Below are positions 49,501 to 53,205 of a stretch of 53,205 nt of DNA, piece after piece. Position numbers and translations under genes: made by a program. Source of the stretch: a virus (lineage: Duplodnaviria; Caudoviricetes); the IMG/VR virus record IMGVR_UViG_3300008261_000396, positions 1 to 53,205 of that record. One strand, 5' to 3'. Each line of letters starts with the position of its first letter. Position 1 is the first letter of the stretch. A model generated the notes under the pieces. The model searched no databases, was not told the origin of the DNA, and saw nothing but the letters and a program-made list of their open reading frames with translations.

Positions 49501-51893
49501 AGAATAGTTATAAAAATAAAGACAAAAACAGATTTAAGAACTATTTTACTGATATTGACTTTAATAAAGTAGGTACTGGAGGAGCTATACAAGTAAAAAA
49601 AGGAACTGTTGAAAAAACAAATAATATTATTTTAAGAAGTAATTTAAAGGCAAATCCTGCAAGTTTGTATTTATTTGGGGATAATGATGTAAGAAAAGGT
49701 TTAGGAGGTCAAGCAAAAGAAATGCGTGGTGAACCAAATGCTATTGGTATATCTACTAAAAAATTACCAGCAAGAGGTGAAGAAGCATATAAATCAGATG
49801 CTGAACTAGAAGAAAACAAAAAAATCATTACTGAAGATATAAACAAAGCAATTGCTGAATGGAATACAGGAAAGTATAACAAACTTATTATTCCACAAAT
49901 GGGTGTTGGTTTAGCTGAGTTACCTACAAGGGCTCCAGAAACATATAAGTTTTTACAACAAGAACTTAAAAGATTAGAAAATCATGTTGCTCAACCAGCT
50001 ACTAGTGTTAATGAATTAACTGAAGAAGATGTTAAATGGTTGCGTGCTAATAGAAAACTAATTGAAACAACATATAAGAGTAGTAATCTTTTTGGAGCTA
50101 GAGACACTGAATTAAAAACTCCTTTATTCTTTGATAATAATAAAACTAAAGTTATTCGTATTGATCCTGATCCAGCTGATACTTCTAGAATTATATTTGA
50201 AAAAGATTCTAAAACATGGATGGTTAAACTAGAAGAAAAAGATAATAAAGTAAGTCCACGTTTATATGAATGGAAAGATGTTTATGGTAAAGGAGAATTT
50301 TCATTTTATGCAACTGATGGTTCTACTAAGAGTGATTTAGAAAACATAAATAAAAGTGGATTAATGAATTTAATTAATCAGCTTTATGAAGATACAAATA
50401 TTCCTGATCCAGGAGATAAACAACTTATAGTATCAAATGCTCTTCAACAAAAATATGGCTTAAAAAGAACTTATAAAGATATAATTAATGAGTTAAATCC
50501 TACTATTCAACCAACTACTGAAGCTGTAGATGTTAAAGTAATTTCAAAAGATTATGGTGTTGTTGTAGCTGAGACTAAACCAAACAATACAAAAACTAAA
50601 GAGTTTGTAAAAATTATACAATCACAAATTAAAGCACAAGCATACCAAGAAAATAAAACAGGTAATAAAATGTTCATGTATGGTCTTAGATGGACTAGAA
50701 AAGCAAAAGCAATTAAACCAATAGTTAACAAAAGTTATGCAAATGGTGGTTTACCAACAACAGATGCTAAAGCAACTGATGGATATGTATATGATACTTT
50801 GGACCAAAATGGTAAACCATTAGCACCTTTATCAGATCTACAACCTATAATTAATGAGATTCAAAACGCATTAGGTATTGATATGTCTAACTATGATGCT
50901 GTAATTGGTAACATTTATTTACCCGGACAAAGAATTCAGACACATAGAGATACTACTGAAAGTTTAAGTGCTAGAAATTATCCTGTTGTAGTGTATACAA
51001 TAGGTGCAGGTAATGCTATTAATATTTATGAAAATTTAAAAAATCCGGGTTCGGCTAGTTTTGCAAGTGATAAAAAAATATCTATACCTACAGAAAACGG
51101 AACTATCTATACATTTGGTATGGATGGTAAAGGAAGATTTGAATTAGGTCACGATACACCACATGCAGTTCAAAAAGGAGATACTCAAGAACCAATTACT
51201 ATGCCTGATGGTACAGTAATTAAAGATTATACAATTACTCTTACATTCAGAAGAGCTGCTGATTTAGAACAAGGTATGCCTACAGCTCCTGCTAAAACTA
51301 AAGTAATATCATCAGCTATTGAAGCTGTAGAAGAACAAACTAATGATCTTATTACTACACCAGATCCTAACATCTTTTTGTATGATGATTCAAAAGATGA
51401 CAGTGCTGCTTTCTACAAAAAATTAACCAGTACTAATTCTACAGTAGGTTTTGTTTATAATGCAACCAAGTTTGAAATAGATAATAATAAAGATCTTCCT
51501 GGACAAGGTTATTTAAGATTAGTATCCAAAGATACTGCCTTACCTTTTGTTACAAGTTTGACTAGTAATTTTGATAACTTTAGTAACTTAGCACCTGAGA
51601 ATTATCAAATTGTGAAAAACTATTTTGATAGAAAAATTCAGGAGCTTAAAAATGCTAAAGACTTAGGTAACAAAATAGCACTTCCTAAAGCAGGAATAGG
51701 TGATGCTAAGAAAATGCCTCAAGAATTATTTGTATATTTAAGTAAGAGGTTATTTGAAGAGTTAGGTTATTTAAATCCTGGTTCTTCAGCTTACAAAGAC
51801 ATAACTGAAGTAATAAGTAATAAACAAGGTATATCAGATGATGAAATTCTTGCATCACTAGGTTTTGAATCTGATCCTTTTAACTGTGTATAA
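40569..51893 (+). CDS. Virion RNA polymerase (phi14:2 gp66-like, double-psi beta-barrel) with an N-proximal zincin-like domain and C-terminal macro-like, AlkB-like and degenerate macro-like domains
   Basis: HEAWH 42816 plus EEDIAE; DGQGHIS 45792; RIPVQG 46995; catalytic DFDIDK 47112; WVDVEKD near 47781. ATG 40569 preferred over TTG 40560, which overlaps the upstream gene. Confidence 0.92.
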   Translation: MICSLNETQLSDLRKITYKKLSGLKPSESFDLKVYIKDIYQRIEKAAGEEKALQYAQIIPLTIHFVQGDDEINSILAKTDFNPSDIMKLRAEFNDIKNVKKYVTTPVRKKSKKELKSELEHENFQLDNLEITDPDYSVLEKMDKAKIEYPNVTTFQFGEDKNPDDPNTQIQDDVLAEDKKVFDTVIKKIMKAHKEKTVDQDNPVIGGTEVFLKMMSSESFENKHKLSNHKTVTAKSYKGVFAVVTDIDGNYLYFDENGNLTTEDKGTVVYQFIRKPYLLEDKLNKKQHALFMIYHNLGKMYKNTLVAASKIAKRVGLSSKEVLKNQTENMNGVYNMRKDIIDNNTSYITQINGGSFGILSAKNKRKINDQLQKTVKLTREIVKDAKIISSTDLSEGFAQFFVQYNTPIFGEISMPVNIQRGNFDQELANKVADVITTKATNKGRTLSDDERIAYFKVFLNNQKVSKKGVKNKNNIFLDKVAGGPLTLTINGEKFEGDAIFTTAVRDKIAQHLPTAIKFGDKGSIGANVNISNSYKDKGTYTDYEISGDKFKPVEKDYIDEVVLKYAKPQFTNEGGSMISGFNPYLSYSIPSQFTEDADSFFDIALDSKTAAPVRKKTQAEKNETAEKVVKEKSKAVQKKRTTKVPAATENVEVIIEHNWFTPFKNDLSEEDANGFNLDRSKALDNFLDKVFTTEADKAAAETWWANSPLSKYISLNRITQIVNSNAFATFTGTGITLYEGDGGTAVDLYHEAWHGFSQLFLTRDEKIKLYNELKGQPKWANKSFFDIEEDIAEDFRDYARSRGKKEAPKGFLGKVFQRIYNFLQNLIGRVSKQDLATRPRDIESVKELFDKLYRASENPELLQDMQPSTDNMMFTQLNRAKAITSVKDVATKYEPFDSAESLKVVNYLDSLIPDIFNSVNQQRNSSSAPVRVLQTNANRKHLYKLLEKKISERFNQLREDFAKTAAEGGDIDTLELNQLPFLGRMLDNFGNVDATIDGKDQKGVIAFHMQNSRFKILANKFVELEEDPTDINNSRIVRLDGGNIFSSREAASQETKTILSSIYKVDRNKTKVTVNDEGKQVLSIEYEVDPQTGLYMLLDEREMWSKVAKVLAGSFVNITKTADDVLAEARVQRTDFDRTKVLKDWEINFLTVADSKFIVENKSGQRVLDLDKFVKHFKNNINSKNVLEFLNALGIVMDTSNPTIASVVADPNFVNKFAIGHIFDSLEHINKMYDPEKFTFLRNPLAYLKTSLPKTLDPGQKFDSSSRIKELANIQVRFSDKYSNFSAVSPEGNRVWEHFLDNTFTRIMTSLNHTKSWQELTNPDADPNGLFRHMRYLAYDNNTYTRHSVLLKSLFNDLLAVNNPGGKKDNTLVIQNVAGTQLIDTKTNNQQGVSTASMDATSKYLQEIHTMLMSGVEEFMRHASKQMSQGIVLKNGLKTYDNKNAKNLYVDIEKFLPTTNSGEDYAFDILSGYLTGEVNRIFRFSSDLEKYSQFTGYTRTVNRKTGEVVMAGQALTAFEDVLSKDTQAKIYAIVDKAVADKQSDFDFSDIYDDNAKLTEEIRKDVAKYFNSITTELKQRLDKTKFIDPALRGRVENKGVELTVDESDTTLMKAYAYNSWIHKFETAILGYGDLAQYNHAKEEFHKRNAGFGSGGLGFASDLKSRSFVNKMPKLFNKIAPSKPFDGTLTTAIIKERVIEKSVYYDEYYDALVKDYTKRFGDKTKAKELAKTALKEYNNMKIGDGQGHISFESYRILKNLEGNWLPEQEELYKKLANGEEVSVEDVVHYFPPYKLQYCGAMETTGLPVTSFHKFSLAPIIPGVAKKGTPLYDLHQKMMLNDVDYVVFETGSKVGHLGTGDEIYDENGNILMDEPFTKNVIFTEFLKNQTEVNSEYKGKSIFSTQMRKLVLDNLYENGVINSPDEKDVVSPLVKRYLDNVSDYTELVKLELLEEIGFDETSDGEYKARDKESIGKLLSLVRNNLDREESYSDEMLNFIDALDSGELLHDLSLHPEALKIEKLLLSLINKRVIKQKVKGEPLVQVSSAFYENNLTESPNFRNATDADKKKWVGSNLLPTYHKKANGKTAAMKVMIALQGDYVNLLNLEYKGATIGDIDTLNKAIKDDKWLDANDSANRKAITLVGVRIPVQGLNSMEFMEVYEFLPPQAGNIIIPPAEIVAKSGGDFDIDKLTIFMTNIDIDGKLKERTYKNTAELKASLQNIKDNEDESITKAFKQQKAGVENDLMNDIKEILELPQNFVSLITPNGTFLLKDIADKLAADVMEYDPFKNYMTDTTTEPEKGKKIISATRVLEPLYNLYKHESNIVGKKTLGLGAIENTMNVLLNSIGALMPETYTNAYSKVTRTTNIGLRHNVRKVDGTDRISLSNLYDVNNVNKIADVFSQAMNGWVDVEKDAWIFFIQGNYEVAPILLYLIKAGVPVKEAIYFVSQPLVREYVDEQRLAKSTFASVLGKAPEEKTFVKYQSASNIINKYFNPSVLPAKGEAYVRFETGRKLFDKLMKDRKDKHFTEKEMLQLIQDSKKNNNFKSSDLSLTMFLHYLDIEDQIKGITQVKMNSNPDTNTKSVLSDIETSEARLENLENNPELQPIISALMSNSVISSFFNNKLALSLAAPLFKLRYNDAIRRFIKSEDDSNTLSKNIKSTFGESGRDNYLNTFKNDLVSYIFQNRLVKTDIKKGYISYDAKELPSKQMLSDKFGAFVKTNKDGSKTLFYNLKNLEKEYTSGVWKEDAEKPNHYSQLGLHPVPANTFTIAKGNNTQAYARFVMEREYLRSIYPIAETGLEKTAYEEFLANRALDNTFNVNHLFSDPKNAFAVRLYDIILTNPKLVNKFDVLSKLELDNNTQNTMFNLNLIDRDIDNIKANIYTKNLTDLADPVLLKALANELSLSDQDIENISYLFSRLPLFAYLQSGINKTKSNLVPYVSTESFLNIMDDAVKDFTELLSNPDKAERVLRDFYDKFNAQNSYKNKDKNRFKNYFTDIDFNKVGTGGAIQVKKGTVEKTNNIILRSNLKANPASLYLFGDNDVRKGLGGQAKEMRGEPNAIGISTKKLPARGEEAYKSDAELEENKKIITEDINKAIAEWNTGKYNKLIIPQMGVGLAELPTRAPETYKFLQQELKRLENHVAQPATSVNELTEEDVKWLRANRKLIETTYKSSNLFGARDTELKTPLFFDNNKTKVIRIDPDPADTSRIIFEKDSKTWMVKLEEKDNKVSPRLYEWKDVYGKGEFSFYATDGSTKSDLENINKSGLMNLINQLYEDTNIPDPGDKQLIVSNALQQKYGLKRTYKDIINELNPTIQPTTEAVDVKVISKDYGVVVAETKPNNTKTKEFVKIIQSQIKAQAYQENKTGNKMFMYGLRWTRKAKAIKPIVNKSYANGGLPTTDAKATDGYVYDTLDQNGKPLAPLSDLQPIINEIQNALGIDMSNYDAVIGNIYLPGQRIQTHRDTTESLSARNYPVVVYTIGAGNAINIYENLKNPGSASFASDKKISIPTENGTIYTFGMDGKGRFELGHDTPHAVQKGDTQEPITMPDGTVIKDYTITLTFRRAADLEQGMPTAPAKTKVISSAIEAVEEQTNDLITTPDPNIFLYDDSKDDSAAFYKKLTSTNSTVGFVYNATKFEIDNNKDLPGQGYLRLVSKDTALPFVTSLTSNFDNFSNLAPENYQIVKNYFDRKIQELKNAKDLGNKIALPKAGIGDAKKMPQELFVYLSKRLFEELGYLNPGSSAYKDITEVISNKQGISDDEILASLGFESDPFNCV

Positions 51894-51895
51894 AA

Positions 51896-53205
51896 ATGGT
51901 TTGTGAAGTTAAAGAAAATTCTATTAAACATTTAGAAAGAGAAAAAGCTACTAATAGTGAAAGAAAAATAATTGATACAGCAAAGTTTAATGAGCTCAAT
52001 GGAAGTCTCACTAAACTTGCTGTAGACAAGTATGGCTTAGAAACAAATGGTCAAATGCTTTTTAGTAATATTCAAATAAAAGCAGAACCTAATGATTCTC
52101 TATTTGAAAAACTTCAAGAACTCAAAGTTAGATATGATGAAAGACAAGCAATAGCTGATAATGCTGTTGTACCAAAAGAAGATTACAATAATGATGTACA
52201 AGAATTATTTAATTCTAATCCTGAATTAGCTAAGATAGGTACACCACAACAATATACAGAGTATATAAAAACTATATTTCCTGATAGTCAAATAAAAGAT
52301 ATTGTTTACCACGGTACTGATGTAGAATTTGAAAAATTTATGTTGGAATATTTAGGTGTAAATACAAAAGCTTCTGATACAGATAGAGGTTTTGCATTTT
52401 CTAATAATAAAAATGTAGCAAAAACATATGGAAAAAATATAAAATCTGTAATAATAAATGCACAACATATTGAAAATGTACCACCAGTATCAGAACAATA
52501 TGATGATATTTTAAAACCTGAGTTTTTAAGTTTAAAAGAACAAATAACAAGTTTAAAAAAAATAATTGCTGAACAAGAAAAAATTAACAGTATAAATACA
52601 GTAGATCAACTTCCAAATTCATTCTATGTATATTCAGAAAAAATCAAATCTTTTGTAAAAATTGTAAAAGAGAATGGTTCTTTTTATGCATATATTAATA
52701 ATGAAAAAATAAATGATAAATTAAATAACAAACAAGTTTTATCTTTATTTGAAACAACTAAAAAAAACACAAAAGATTTAGTTAAACAATTGAATTTATT
52801 AACTGATGAAAATACTGCATTTATTTATAAAGACATAATAGATAACAGAAATATAGAAAGCACAGTTAGAACTAATGTATATTTTGCTAAACCTAATCAA
52901 ATTTACACATTGGGTTCTAAACAAGATATAGAAGGGTTTAAACAGTTTGTTAAAGGTGTTTCTAAACAAGCCATGTTTATGAAAACTCCTGAAGTAGGGT
53001 ATTCATTAAAATTAGTTACTGCATTGATGAACTTATCTTCTTCAAAAGAAACTAAAAGAACAAGGAAGTATGGTGAACAAACAGAACCTGAAAGATTAAC
53101 AATCAGATTAAACACAAAAGAAAAACCATACCTAGAAGATAACATTAGAAAAACACTTAATAACAAAGGTGTTACAAATCAACAAGTTGATTTTGTATTT
53201 GACTA
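51896..53205 (+). CDS. Next giant cargo protein (5' part, runs off the window) with an ART-PolyVal-like ADP-ribosyltransferase domain; not in the ORF track
   Basis: Hand translation, open for about 436 codons: MVCEVKENS...ELFNSNPELAKIGTPQQYTEYIKTIFPDSQIKDIVYHGT...RGFAFSNNKNVAKTYG...KPNQIYTLGSKQDIEGFKQFV. Confidence 0.85.
   Translation, partial: MVCEVKENSIKHLEREKATNSERKIIDTAKFNELNGSLTKLAVDKYGLETNGQMLFSNIQIKAEPNDSLFEKLQELKVRYDERQAIADNAVVPKEDYNNDVQELFNSNPELAKIGTPQQYTEYIKTIFPDSQIKDIVYHGTDVEFEKFMLEYLGVNTKASDTDRGFAFSNNKNVAKTYGKNIKSVIINAQHIENVPPVSEQYDDILKPEFLSLKEQITSLKKIIAEQEKINSINTVDQLPNSFYVYSEKIKSFVKIVKENGSFYAYINNEKINDKLNNKQVLSLFETTKKNTKDLVKQLNLLTDENTAFIYKDIIDNRNIESTVRTNVYFAKPNQIYTLGSKQDIEGFKQFVKGVSKQAMFMKTPEVGYSLKLVTALMNLSSSKETKRTRKYGEQTEPERLTIRLNTKEKPYLEDNIRKTLNNKGVTNQQVDFVFD

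Larger units (their letters stand above)
1..53205 (+). mobile_element. crAss-like (Crassvirales-related) bacteriophage genome segment: virion structural, cargo and virion RNAP module
   Basis: Densely packed + strand genes with short or overlapping junctions; giant ORF with the phi14:2 gp66-type DFDIDK motif; order ring/aux-capsid/hub/IHF/ring/ring/muzzle/cargo/RNAP matches known crAss-like phages; no cellular housekeeping genes. Confidence 0.93.

Noticed and set aside
40569-51893. Intein in the RNAP
   Set aside because: No C/S-start...HN-[CST] splice motifs or LAGLIDADG blocks were seen, and the protein has almost no Cys.
443-53166. Short minus-strand ORFs and nested plus-strand alternate-frame ORFs in the track
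   Set aside because: All lie within or across longer + strand genes, have shadow-like composition and show no motifs.
1-53205. Stop-codon reassignment (TAG=Gln or TGA=Trp), known in some crAss-like phages
   Set aside because: Multi-kb ORFs are open in the standard code, TAG and TGA end genes at tight junctions, and the breaks seen are frame changes rather than in-frame stops.
1-53205. CRISPR array, tRNA/rRNA genes, DGR or invertible-repeat cassettes
   Set aside because: No intergenic gap exceeds about 110 nt; no regularly spaced DNA repeats, reverse transcriptase, recombinase or near-identical TR/VR pair were noticed by eye.

Overview
This AT-rich window is coded entirely on the + strand in the standard genetic code. 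It is the late (virion) region of a crAss-like phage (Crassvirales-related), probably infecting Bacteroidota/Flavobacteriia: there are no Shine-Dalgarno motifs, the promoters resemble TTTG-N19-20-TAnnTT, and some proteins carry SprB-like repeats. Gene order follows the phi14:2/crAss001 layout: small Lys-rich proteins, ring protein, ferritin/Dps-like protein, auxiliary capsid protein, hub protein, Cys-rich fibre-like genes, IHF-like protein, two ring proteins, muzzle, then about 33 kb of virion cargo genes interrupted by a GIY-YIG homing endonuclease. The cargo region ends in a 3774-aa virion RNA polymerase (GDFDIDK) and a truncated next gene with an ART-like domain. Terminase, portal and major capsid genes are not in the window. 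Main observations: (1) the RNAP carries a DarG/TARG1-like macrodomain, an AlkB-like 2OG-Fe(II) dioxygenase and a second degenerate macrodomain; (2) the otherwise almost Cys-free giant cargo proteins have Cys at their facing termini, suggesting a head-to-tail ejection chain; (3) a recurrent x-[QKR]-x-G-G tag and an acidic 20-aa module mark a second class of cargo proteins; (4) the homing endonuclease appears to have captured the start of its target gene; (5) several transcription units share a promoter motif, and two share a palindrome. Four reading-frame discontinuities look like deletions or collapsed assembly gaps. All family assignments come from motifs read by eye and from synteny; no database search was run.
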